The notes under the pieces were generated by a model. That model was not told the DNA's origin. It was given only the letters and a program-made list of their open reading frames with translations, and did no database searches. A program made the position numbers and the translations under genes. This document shows, one piece after another, positions 27,105 to 35,403 of a stretch of DNA of 64,000 nucleotides. Where the stretch lies: NCBI GenBank assembly GCA_964588925.1, contig CAZPTI010000001.1:26933-90932 (forward strand), written 5' to 3'. Every line of letters begins with the position of its first letter. Position 1 is the first letter of the stretch. The DNA comes from an uncultured Anaerolineales bacterium (GTDB lineage Bacteria; Chloroflexota; Anaerolineae; CG2-30-64-16).

Positions 27105-28066
27105 GCGTCACCATCTTTATGCGTGGGTGTTTGCGCCGCAAACGTCATCGCTTCGAGCACAGGCAGGCCAAAGCCTTCGTACTCGCTCAAAAACAGCGCG
27201 GCGGCCGCCATGCGGTGCAGCGCAGCTTTATCCGCCTCGCTAACCCGGCCGGTGAAAACGACGCGGTCGCCGAGGCCCAGCTCGCGCGTAACGCGGCGCG
27301 GGTCGGGCGAAAAGGGCGTGTCTACGCCAGGGAGCCCGCCGGCAATCACGAGAGACGGCGGCTCCCGTCCCTCCGCGGTCATCCGTTCAGCAAAACGGGA
27401 GTACGCTTCCATCGTCCGCGGCACGTTCTTCCGCGTATCAAAGCCGCCGAGATAGAGCAGAAACGGACCCCGCGGCAGGCCGAGACGCGCCCGCACTGCA
27501 TCGTCATCCTCTGCGCTCGCCTCACCCGGCGCGGACGCAAGAGGTACAGCATGCACCCGACTGGCCGGGATGCGCAAATTGCGGATGATGTCGTTTCGGC
27601 TCGCCTCGGAATCCGTCAACACCGCAGCGGCGCGGCGCGCGGTATGCGCGACGAGCCAGGTATAGCCCCGCTGTAATGACCCTCCGCGATACAGCGGGAG
27701 CAGCAACGGGATCAGGTCGTGAACCGTGACGACCACCGGGCACGGGCAACGCCACGGCGCGCCCCAGTACGGCACAAACGCAACATCAGCCGCCAGTTGT
27801 CCGCATGCGCGCGGAAACGTCACCTGCTCAAACCACAGCTTCGCGAGGTTCTCGCCGAACCGGTCGGCCGGCGTCGCAAGTCGCGCCTCGAGCCAACCGT
27901 CGGGAAGCGGCGGGCCTTGCGCCGCAACGCTCGGCCGCGCCAGGATGAATTCGTGACCGCGGTCAAGGCGCGCGAACTGCTCCGCGAGCGCAGCCAGATA
28001 CTGCCCGCTGCCCGTAGTCGCCTGTCCCCAGAACCAGCCGTTGACGAGAATACGCACGTTAATCAA
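27101..28066 (-). CDS. Family 4 (GT-B) glycosyltransferase, apparently truncated at the C-terminus
   Basis: N-terminal VNGWFWGQATTGSGQY, then the EX7E motif EYEGFGLPVLEAM. The ORF ends 17 aa later (TFAAQTPTHKDGDA*), whereas family members continue ~60-70 aa further. The start is uncertain (TTG 28066 or GTG 28057). Confidence 0.7.
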   Translation of the reverse strand: MINVRILVNGWFWGQATTGSGQYLAALAEQFARLDRGHEFILARPSVAAQGPPLPDGWLEARLATPADRFGENLAKLWFEQVTFPRACGQLAADVAFVPYWGAPWRCPCPVVVTVHDLIPLLLPLYRGGSLQRGYTWLVAHTARRAAAVLTDSEASRNDIIRNLRIPASRVHAVPLASAPGEASAEDDDAVRARLGLPRGPFLLYLGGFDTRKNVPRTMEAYSRFAERMTAEGREPPSLVIAGGLPGVDTPFSPDPRRVTRELGLGDRVVFTGRVSEADKAALHRMAAAALFLSEYEGFGLPVLEAMTFAAQTPTHKDGDA

Positions 28067-28096
28067 CGCCGAGAATAGCCGAAAGGAAACGAGCCG

Positions 28097-30394
28097 TCAA
28101 CCGCTTTCAAGCAGCCAGTCCGCAGCGCGGCGCAGAATGCGCGCGAGGACCGGTTGCGGCGGCGGCAGGTAGACGGTCAGGTCGTAGATGTTGGACGCAA
28201 CCACAGCGCCTTCCGCCTCGCAAACCAGGCGCAATTCGCGTGGCGCAACGGCCAGCTTCGCGCTGATTTGTCCGACGCGCGCTGCGGAGGTGGGACTAAT
28301 TGCGCACGCGCCAAACTCAAACCCGACGGGGCTCCCGTCCTTCCGTTCCTGATTGTGGTCGAGTTCCGCCGTGATCCGATCAAGCTTCACCGCGCGCGGC
28401 GCGTCGTTGACCAGCCACACCTCTGCCTCAAACTGGTCACCGCGCTGATACGCCTTCCGCGCAAAGCGCGCGGCCACCAGCAGCGGCGTGTAGCTGCGCT
28501 TCAGCATCTCATACGCGCGCTTCGACCGCCCCGCGCGGTCCACCACCGACCATGACGCCGCGACCCACGGCTCGTTGAACTGCCAGAATGCGACTCCGCC
28601 GCACGGCTGCGGATGCCCCGACCCCTCGCGCCGCAACCGACACGCTTCGACCCCCGTTTGCAGCACCGCCGCCTGAACGCGCTGGCTCGCCTCGACCGCC
28701 TCCGGCCACTGAAGCGGCTGCGCCGACCCCAGGTAATGGCGCAGCTTATCGACTTGCAGCTTACGCTCGGCCCAGCGCGGATCATCAAGCGACGCGGGCA
28801 TCTCCGCGCCGAGCGTCTCCCTATCAGGCAACGCTTGCAGCCCGAACTCGCTCATGAATGGGGGCGTTTGCTCTGCCAATGTCTGCCACGGCGCAAACCC
28901 ATGCCACACATCCCAGTTGTGGACGTCGCCCTCGGACGGCGACGCGGGAATCCACGGCCGCGACGGATCCTCGCATTCCAGCACGCGTTCTATAGTACGC
29001 AGCAGAAGGCGTTCTCGTCGCGGGCTGATCTCATTGCCCCCGCACCAGGCCAGCAACGACGGGTGATTGCGCAGCGCGCGAACGATGCCGGTCGCTTCTT
29101 TTTCGAGCAGATTCAGGTACTCCGAGTCGCGCGGATAGTGATCGAGGAACGCGCAGGCCAGCGGAAATTCTTGCGAGACCAGCACGCCGCGGCGGTCGCA
29201 CTCGTCGTAGAACGCCGCTTTCTCGCGCAGACCGCCGCCCCACACGCGCAGGTAATTGACCCCCGCATCGACCGCCATGTCCACCAGGCGCGCGTAATCC
29301 TCCGGCTTGACTGTGCCGGGGAGGATGTCCACAGGGACCCAGTTCGCGCCGCGCAGGAAGACGTGGCGGCCGTTAACCGTGAAGCGCCAGGGATGGCCGG
29401 TCGACAACCGCTCCCGCGCCACCGTCCGCACGCCGACAGTCACTTCCTTTTCATCGCACGGGCCGTTTTCGTCCGACAGCCGCGCGGTCAGCCGGTAACG
29501 GCGCGGCTCACCCTGATCCCACGGCCACCAGCGGCGCAGCGGAGGCGCATCGAACGTGAACGCCTGCGCGTCGGCAGCGGAAAGCGGGAAGGTATCGCTT
29601 CGCGCAATCGGCGCGTCTTCATTCAATTCGCTCAGCGCGAACTCTGCGCGCAGGTCGTGACCGCAATCAAAGCGGCGGACGCGCAGCCTGATGCGCCAAC
29701 GGACGGGCGCGGGATCGTCATCGTCGAGCGGCTCAGGGACGGCGTGAACGTCTTCAATGTACGCGCCGCGGGCAAGGACGAGGCGAACATCGTCCCAGAT
29801 GCCGCATGTCAGCACACGCGGCGCGAAATCCCAGCCGAAACCGAACTGCGCTTTGGTAACATTCAGCCGGTCGGGGAAGTACTCGGCGCCGAGCCCGGTC
29901 CGCGCGAGAAACCCGCGCACCCCTCGCCGCAGCAACCCGTCCTTCCCCTTCCGCAGCGCGCCGCTGCCCCAGATGCGCACGCCTAACTCGTGCGGTCCGG
30001 GTTCGTTGATGCGCGGCGGGAGGACGACTGTTTGTCGACCGAACATGCCTTCGTGAACCGCGAGGCAGTCATGATCGAGCCAGACGCTGCTCAGGTAGTC
30101 GATGCCGTCCGCTTCAACCACCGCGGTCAGGCCCGCCGGGATCTGCTCCAGCGATGCGACATACCACCAGTCGCAGTCGTCCACCCACGCGGATTCCCGC
30201 AGCGGGATGAGATCAGTCGAGGCGGGCAGCTTGCCGGCCACGATCAGATCCGCGCGCGTGTCGCCAGGGACGGTGGCAGATCGCCACTCGGTCACGGCAG
30301 CGCGGTCATCCTGGACCGTAGAAGCGAAGATCTGCTGCTGCGCACTGCCAAAACGCCAGTTGATGTGGTTCAGGTCAAGAACGATTCGCGTCAT
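28097..30394 (-). CDS. Glycoside hydrolase family 2 (beta-mannosidase / exo-beta-glucosaminidase-like)
   Basis: GANWVPVD, NHPSLLAWCGGNE (acid/base Glu) and FMSEFGLQA (nucleophile Glu) fit a GH2 TIM barrel. 765 aa. Confidence 0.75.
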   Translation of the reverse strand: MTRIVLDLNHINWRFGSAQQQIFASTVQDDRAAVTEWRSATVPGDTRADLIVAGKLPASTDLIPLRESAWVDDCDWWYVASLEQIPAGLTAVVEADGIDYLSSVWLDHDCLAVHEGMFGRQTVVLPPRINEPGPHELGVRIWGSGALRKGKDGLLRRGVRGFLARTGLGAEYFPDRLNVTKAQFGFGWDFAPRVLTCGIWDDVRLVLARGAYIEDVHAVPEPLDDDDPAPVRWRIRLRVRRFDCGHDLRAEFALSELNEDAPIARSDTFPLSAADAQAFTFDAPPLRRWWPWDQGEPRRYRLTARLSDENGPCDEKEVTVGVRTVARERLSTGHPWRFTVNGRHVFLRGANWVPVDILPGTVKPEDYARLVDMAVDAGVNYLRVWGGGLREKAAFYDECDRRGVLVSQEFPLACAFLDHYPRDSEYLNLLEKEATGIVRALRNHPSLLAWCGGNEISPRRERLLLRTIERVLECEDPSRPWIPASPSEGDVHNWDVWHGFAPWQTLAEQTPPFMSEFGLQALPDRETLGAEMPASLDDPRWAERKLQVDKLRHYLGSAQPLQWPEAVEASQRVQAAVLQTGVEACRLRREGSGHPQPCGGVAFWQFNEPWVAASWSVVDRAGRSKRAYEMLKRSYTPLLVAARFARKAYQRGDQFEAEVWLVNDAPRAVKLDRITAELDHNQERKDGSPVGFEFGACAISPTSAARVGQISAKLAVAPRELRLVCEAEGAVVASNIYDLTVYLPPPQPVLARILRRAADWLLESG

Positions 30395-30485
30395 CAGATC
30401 AAATCATAGCACACGCGCCACGGGTCATCGCAATGTTGCCGTTGCCGGAGAGCCTGCGCCGCGGCTTGGGCGACTTAATGCGGAG

Positions 30486-30494
30486 TGCTATAAT
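30486..30494 (+). promoter_or_regulatory. Extended -10 promoter element TGCTATAAT upstream of the amidase gene
   Basis: TGCTATAAT lies 79 nt before ATG 30573. Confidence 0.5.
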
Positions 30495-30572
30495 CTTATC
30501 AGGGCTTGTATCTTGTCCTGCGCGTAGACCCGCTTCGCTTGTCCTCATCCTCACCAGTGAGAGGAAGCTGCC

Positions 30573-31430
30573 ATGAAAGTCCTGCGATGGATTCTTGCGG
30601 CTGGTTTGCTGATCCTTGCCCTGCAGCTTGCCGGGTGCTCTGAAGAAGATCAGGAGGCGCTGAAACGGCAGGCGGTCAGCGCGGCCGAGACTGCGGCAGC
30701 GCAGGTGGGCCAGGATGTGGGTACGGCGGTCGTGAACGCCAAAGACACGGCGTTAGCGGAAGGCAAGGAGAAGGCTCAAACGGCCATCCCGGCCGCCAAG
30801 GAGACAGGAGTCGCCGCAGCGCAAACGGAGGCCGCCAGGTTGCTCCGCAGGGCGCGGAAAGTCGTGCTTGATCCAGGACATGGCTGGCAAGGCGACCCGG
30901 GCGCGGTGTACGAAGGACACACTGAAAAAGATGTAAACCTTGCTATTGCGCTTGCAACGCGCGATGCGCTGGAGCGCATGGGATACCAGGTGGCGCTGAC
31001 GCGAACCGGCGACGATATGGAGCATGGGTTGGAATACGCTGCCACTTTCGCGAATCAACAAAAGCCTGATCTGGTGGTTTCGATTCACGCAAACGCAACG
31101 AGCAACGGGAAGGCATCCGGCACGGAAAGCTGCTATACGGTAGGCAAACCGACCGATGCGAACAGCCAGCGACTGGCCGGCTTGCTCACTGATGCCGTGT
31201 CCTCGCGCCTGGGGCTAAAGAAACTTGGCGACTTCCCCGAGAACTCCGCCCACAAATGCGCGCGCCAGGCGGAACGCGGCTGGACGCAAATTTACATCCA
31301 CGACATGGATTCTCCGGCAGCTCTGATCGAGACCGGCTTTCTGAGCAACGCGCAGGATCGGGACTTGCTTGTGAACCATCCCGAGGCCTTCGCTGAGGCC
31401 ATCGTTGCGGCCATCGAAAATTACTACTGA
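30573..31430 (+). CDS. N-acetylmuramoyl-L-alanine amidase (Amidase_3) lipoprotein
   Basis: Lipobox LQLAGC, VVLDPGHGWQGDPGA, EKDVNLAIA, VSIHANA and GTESCY. Confidence 0.85.
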   Translation: MKVLRWILAAGLLILALQLAGCSEEDQEALKRQAVSAAETAAAQVGQDVGTAVVNAKDTALAEGKEKAQTAIPAAKETGVAAAQTEAARLLRRARKVVLDPGHGWQGDPGAVYEGHTEKDVNLAIALATRDALERMGYQVALTRTGDDMEHGLEYAATFANQQKPDLVVSIHANATSNGKASGTESCYTVGKPTDANSQRLAGLLTDAVSSRLGLKKLGDFPENSAHKCARQAERGWTQIYIHDMDSPAALIETGFLSNAQDRDLLVNHPEAFAEAIVAAIENYY

Positions 31431-31436
31431 TGCGTG

Positions 31437-31445
31437 TGCTATAAT
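31437..31445 (+). promoter_or_regulatory. Extended -10 promoter element TGCTATAAT upstream of the M50 protease gene
   Basis: TGCTATAAT lies 30 nt before TTG 31475. Confidence 0.45.
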
Positions 31446-31474
31446 TCGAGGAACAGACTGACACGGAGCTTTCG

Positions 31475-32104
31475 TTGTTCGATTTCGACATTCCAACTCT
31501 GTTCGCCAAGGTGGTGATCCTCCTGGTGGGCTTTCCCATTCACGAGCTGGCGCACGCGTGGGTCGCGTACCGGCTCGGCGACAACACCGCGAAGTATCAG
31601 GGCCGGCTCACGCTGAATCCGCTGGCCCACCTCGATCCGCTCGGCTCGCTCCTCCTGCTCGTCAGCTTCATCGGTTGGGCGAAACCGGTGCCGGTTAACC
31701 CGTACCGCTTGAAATACGGGCCGCGCGTGGGGCACGCGATTGTGGCCGCGGCCGGCCCCGTGAGCAATCTGCTGATGGCCTCGCTCGTCGCGATCCCGTG
31801 GCGGCTCGGCGCGTTCGTCAACGCAGGCCCCGCGGTCCAACAATTCGCGCTCATGTTCGTCGGCATCAACGTCGCGCTGTTCCTGTTCAACCTGATCCCG
31901 CTCGCGCCGCTCGATGGCAACAGCGTGCTCAACGGGGTTGTCGGACAGCGGATCGCGGCGGTGCTGCGACCGCTTCAAACCTACGGGCCGTTCATCCTGA
32001 TGGGCCTGTTCCTGCTGAGTTGGGTTTCTCCGCAATTGAACGTGCTGGGGCGCTATCTCAACCAGGGCATGCTAAGCGTGACGCGTTTCCTGCTGGGCAG
32101 TTGA
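31475..32104 (+). CDS. Site-2 protease family (M50) membrane metalloprotease
   Basis: HELAHAW (HExxH) and the second motif FNLIPLAPLDG. TTG start. Confidence 0.85.
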   Translation: MFDFDIPTLFAKVVILLVGFPIHELAHAWVAYRLGDNTAKYQGRLTLNPLAHLDPLGSLLLLVSFIGWAKPVPVNPYRLKYGPRVGHAIVAAAGPVSNLLMASLVAIPWRLGAFVNAGPAVQQFALMFVGINVALFLFNLIPLAPLDGNSVLNGVVGQRIAAVLRPLQTYGPFILMGLFLLSWVSPQLNVLGRYLNQGMLSVTRFLLGS

Positions 32105-32664
32105 TGGCGGACACCTTCTTTCAGCGCGCAACCTACCGGGTCAGGCAGTTCGCGTGGGCGGTGGCCGCGTGGTGGGACCGGCCAACGCAAGAGCAGTTGG
32201 CGTCGGCGCATCGTTGGCTGCCCGAAAGCTGCTGGCTCATCTTCCTGCGCATGCCCGCGGTCGATCAGACGCACGCGCTCAAGGTGCTCGAAGCGGTGCA
32301 GGCCGCGGGGTTCAGTGACCCCGCGCTGGCGCAGGCCGCGCTGCTGCACGACGCGGCGAAGCGGCTCGGCGGCGTCACCCTGTTTCACCGCGTCGCCGTT
32401 GTGTTGATTAAGGCGTTTGCGCGGGAACGGTGGGAGCGGCTCAAGACGGCTGCTGCGCCCTCGCGAAACAACGCGCTCCTTTATCCGCTCTGGGCGCACG
32501 CGAATCACCCGCTAACGGGCGCGCAGCTCGCTGCCGAGTGCGGTTGCTGCGCGGAAGCAGTCGAGCTCATCCGCCGCCACCAGGACCCGCTGCCGCCCGA
32601 TGCGCAGCGCACGGAGCAGGACCGGCTGCTCGCCGCGCTGCAAAAGGCGGACGACGACAATTGA
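32104..32664 (+). CDS. HD-domain protein
   Basis: ATG 32104 overlaps the M50 stop by 1 nt (TGATG). AALLHDAAK is the HD motif. The ORF-track N-terminus (31798-32103) is a shadow of the M50 gene. Confidence 0.6.
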   Translation: MADTFFQRATYRVRQFAWAVAAWWDRPTQEQLASAHRWLPESCWLIFLRMPAVDQTHALKVLEAVQAAGFSDPALAQAALLHDAAKRLGGVTLFHRVAVVLIKAFARERWERLKTAAAPSRNNALLYPLWAHANHPLTGAQLAAECGCCAEAVELIRRHQDPLPPDAQRTEQDRLLAALQKADDDN

Positions 32665-32721
32665 GCGTTTGTAGCGCAAGGCGCCAAACTTGCGCTACAT
32701 CAACGAGAAAGAGACTCCCCC

Positions 32722-33714
32722 ATGACAGAAAAATTGCGCGTCGCCATCGTCGGCCTTGGCCTGGTCGGGCAATCCATCGGCCTCGCCCTGCGCCGCTATC
32801 CCGAAAAAGTGACTGTAATCGGGCACGACCCCTCGCCTGAGCTGTCCAGCAAGGCGAAGCGCGCTGGCGCAGTGGAACGCGCGGAGTGGAACCTGATCAG
32901 CGCGGTTGCCAATGCGGATCGCATCGTCCTCGCGCTGCCCCTCAACGAGCTCCGCTTCACGCTCGATGCCATCAAGCAGGATGTCCAGGAAGGTTGCGTC
33001 ATCGTCGACACGGCGGACATTAAGGCCCCGGTCATGCAGTGGGCCGCGGAACTCCTGCCCGCGAATGTTCACTTCGTCGGCGGGCACCCCATCCTGCTGA
33101 CCGACGCGCTCGAACCCGATGCGGCCCGCGCTGACCTGTTCGACAGCAAGCTCTTCTGCCTGACGCCCGACGCGCGCACCGACGCCACCGGCGTGCGGCT
33201 GGCCGCGGACATCGCGGAGGCCATCGGGGCGAAGCCCTACTTCATGGACGCATTGGAGCATGACGGGCTGGCCGCGGGCGCGCAGAACCTCCCGATGCTC
33301 ATGGCCGCGGCGCTCATGTCGGTGACGACGGGCAGCCAGGGCTGGAAGGAAATGCGCAAGCTGGCGGGCAACCAGTATTACGCGGGCACGGTGCTGGTCG
33401 CAGGGTCAGGGAAGCAGGTCGCAGCCGAGGCGCTGGCGAATCGCGAGAACGCCGCGCACTGGATCGACGCAGTGATCACGGAGCTGGCATCTTACAAGGC
33501 GCAACTGTTGGGGGGCGATGCGGAGCAACTGGCCGCCAGCGTGGATCGCGGGCTGGAGGCGGGGAAGAGCTGGCTCAATGCCGCTGTGTCCGGTCAGTGG
33601 GAGATCGACGGCATCCCGCCCACGCCGCCGGTAGGCATGGGGATTCGCGAGCTATTCTTCGGGCGGCTGGGGAAGCCGCGCGAGCGGTCGCAGGGAGAGA
33701 AAAAAAAGTCGTAG
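32722..33714 (+). CDS. tyrA: Prephenate/arogenate dehydrogenase
   Basis: Rossmann N-terminus VAIVGLGLVGQSIGLAL, then HFVGGHPI and the C-terminal helical dimerisation domain. Confidence 0.75.
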   Translation: MTEKLRVAIVGLGLVGQSIGLALRRYPEKVTVIGHDPSPELSSKAKRAGAVERAEWNLISAVANADRIVLALPLNELRFTLDAIKQDVQEGCVIVDTADIKAPVMQWAAELLPANVHFVGGHPILLTDALEPDAARADLFDSKLFCLTPDARTDATGVRLAADIAEAIGAKPYFMDALEHDGLAAGAQNLPMLMAAALMSVTTGSQGWKEMRKLAGNQYYAGTVLVAGSGKQVAAEALANRENAAHWIDAVITELASYKAQLLGGDAEQLAASVDRGLEAGKSWLNAAVSGQWEIDGIPPTPPVGMGIRELFFGRLGKPRERSQGEKKKS

Positions 33715-33735
33715 GCGAGTATGCGCTAGAGGTGT

Positions 33736-33806
33736 GCCATCTCGAATAAACGAATCGGGCCGAATAAACGAATTTCGCGTGCGCACATTCGTTTATTCGA
33801 GATGGC
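33736..33806. repeat. AT-rich 20-bp perfect inverted repeat with an internal direct repeat
   Basis: GCCATCTCGAATAAACGAAT (33736-33755) pairs with ATTCGTTTATTCGAGATGGC (33787-33806). The loop carries a second CGAATAAACGAAT copy (33761-33773). It lies between the convergent tyrA and ABC genes. Confidence 0.8.
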
Positions 33807-33851
33807 CGCGCCTATCCCCCTGCCGCGTACCCGTTCCCCTGCGCGCGCCTG

Positions 33852-34592
33852 CTAATACACCATCTCCCCCCTCACAAACGCCTGCGCCCGCGCATCCTTC
33901 GGCCGCTCGAAGAAGGTCTCGGTATCCGCCACCTCCACGATTTTTCCGTCCAGAATCAGCGCGACGCGATGCGCAAGGCGCCGCGCCTGGAACACGTTGT
34001 GGGTGACGAGCACGATCGTTGTGCCCCGCTCGGTGTTCAACTGGCGCACCGCGTCCTCGATCACGCCTATGTTGTACGGGTCAAGGTTTGCGGTCGGCTC
34101 GTCGAGCAGGAGGGCATGGGGGCGGATGACCAGCGCGCGGGCGAGCGCAACGCGCTGCGCCTCGCCGCCGGAGAGGGTGCGCGCGGCCTGTCCCTCCAGT
34201 GCGGCCAGCCCCACCATTTGCAGCGCCTCGCGCACCTGCCCGTCACGGTCGCGGCGTCCGCGCAGCCGCAGGCCGAACTCCACGTTGGCGCGCACCGACC
34301 GATCGAGCAGGATGGGCCGCTGGCTGACCGTGGTCACGCTGCGTCGCGCGTCGAGGGAGACGGTGCGCTCAGGGCTGTAAACCTCCAACCCGTAGGTAAT
34401 TCGCCCCTCAGTCGGCGGTTCGAGAAAATTAAGCAGCCGCAAAAATGTGCTCTTGCCCGATCCGCTCGGCCCGACGATGGCGAGGATTTCGCCCGCGCGA
34501 ATCGCGAGGTGGTCGACGTCTAGCACCCGCCGCGTCTTGTAGACCTTTGTCAGGTTTTCGATGGTGTATGCCGACCGCGCATCCCCGATCAT
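33852..34592 (-). CDS. ABC transporter ATP-binding protein (TupC/tungstate-type)
   Basis: Walker A GPSGSGKST, signature LSGGEAQR and Walker B LLLDEPT. Single-NBD size and the paired TupB-like permease support the call. Confidence 0.8.
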   Translation of the reverse strand: MIGDARSAYTIENLTKVYKTRRVLDVDHLAIRAGEILAIVGPSGSGKSTFLRLLNFLEPPTEGRITYGLEVYSPERTVSLDARRSVTTVSQRPILLDRSVRANVEFGLRLRGRRDRDGQVREALQMVGLAALEGQAARTLSGGEAQRVALARALVIRPHALLLDEPTANLDPYNIGVIEDAVRQLNTERGTTIVLVTHNVFQARRLAHRVALILDGKIVEVADTETFFERPKDARAQAFVRGEMVY

Positions 34593-35278
34593 TCCGTGAA
34601 GGCCTTTCCCTGCAGGCGCAGCATGGCGACGTTGATGATGAACGTGATGGCGAGGAGGATGGCGCCGAGCGCCAGCGCAAGGTCGAAGTTCCCCTGCCGC
34701 GTCTCCAGCACAATCGCCGTGGTGAGCACCCGCGTGCGCCCTTCGATATTGCCGCCGACCAGCATGACCGCGCCAACCTCCGAGATGATGCCGCCGAAAC
34801 CTGCGATAATGGCGACGATCACGCCCACCTTTGCCTCAAGCAGCACGGTAACGGTCGTTTGCCAGTCCGTCGCGCCGAGTGAGCGCACCTGCTGCCGCAG
34901 CCCCATGTCGACGCCCATCACCGCCGCCATCGTGAAGCCTGCGACCAGCGGAAACGCGATGATCGACTGCGCCAGGATCATTGCGCCGGGCGTAAACAGG
35001 TCAGGCACAAGAGGCGAGTTTATGCTGCCCAGCGGACCGCTCCGCGACAACAGCAGGTACACGAACAGACCGATGACCACGGGCGGGAAGCCCATGCCGG
35101 TATACATCAGCGCGACGAGCAGCCGCCGGCCAACAAACCGTCCCAGCCCCAGGACCGAACCGATGGGGATGCCGACGACCGTGGCGAAAACGAGCGCGAT
35201 TCCCGACACGCGCAGGGATAGCCACACGATTTCGGCCAGGTCGCCGTTGCCGAAGATAGATTGAATGAGTTCTTGCAT
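34589..35278 (-). CDS. ABC transporter permease (TupB-like)
   Basis: LRVSGIALVFATVVGIPIGSVLGL, GFPPVVIGLFVYLLLSRSGPLG and ISEVGAVMLVGGNIEGRTRVLTTAIVLETRQGNF resemble tungstate permease TupB. The stop overlaps the ATPase start by 4 nt. Confidence 0.7.
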   Translation of the reverse strand: MQELIQSIFGNGDLAEIVWLSLRVSGIALVFATVVGIPIGSVLGLGRFVGRRLLVALMYTGMGFPPVVIGLFVYLLLSRSGPLGSINSPLVPDLFTPGAMILAQSIIAFPLVAGFTMAAVMGVDMGLRQQVRSLGATDWQTTVTVLLEAKVGVIVAIIAGFGGIISEVGAVMLVGGNIEGRTRVLTTAIVLETRQGNFDLALALGAILLAITFIINVAMLRLQGKAFTE

Positions 35279-35369
35279 CGAAGGCGCGCTCGGCTCTGCG
35301 TATAGTTGTGTCAGTTGAATTATATACGCTTGGAGGCAGGTGTCCTAAACTGGCACGGAGCCTTCGATG

Positions 35370-35397
35370 TTGACACGCAAATGAACAAGGGTACAAT
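35370..35397 (+). promoter_or_regulatory. Promoter (TTGACA, 16 nt, TACAAT) ending 6 nt before the ubiB-like ATG
   Basis: TTGACA at 35370-35375 and TACAAT at 35392-35397, then GAGCGC, then ATG 35404. No SD is present. Confidence 0.6.
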
Positions 35398-35403
35398 GAG
35401 CGC

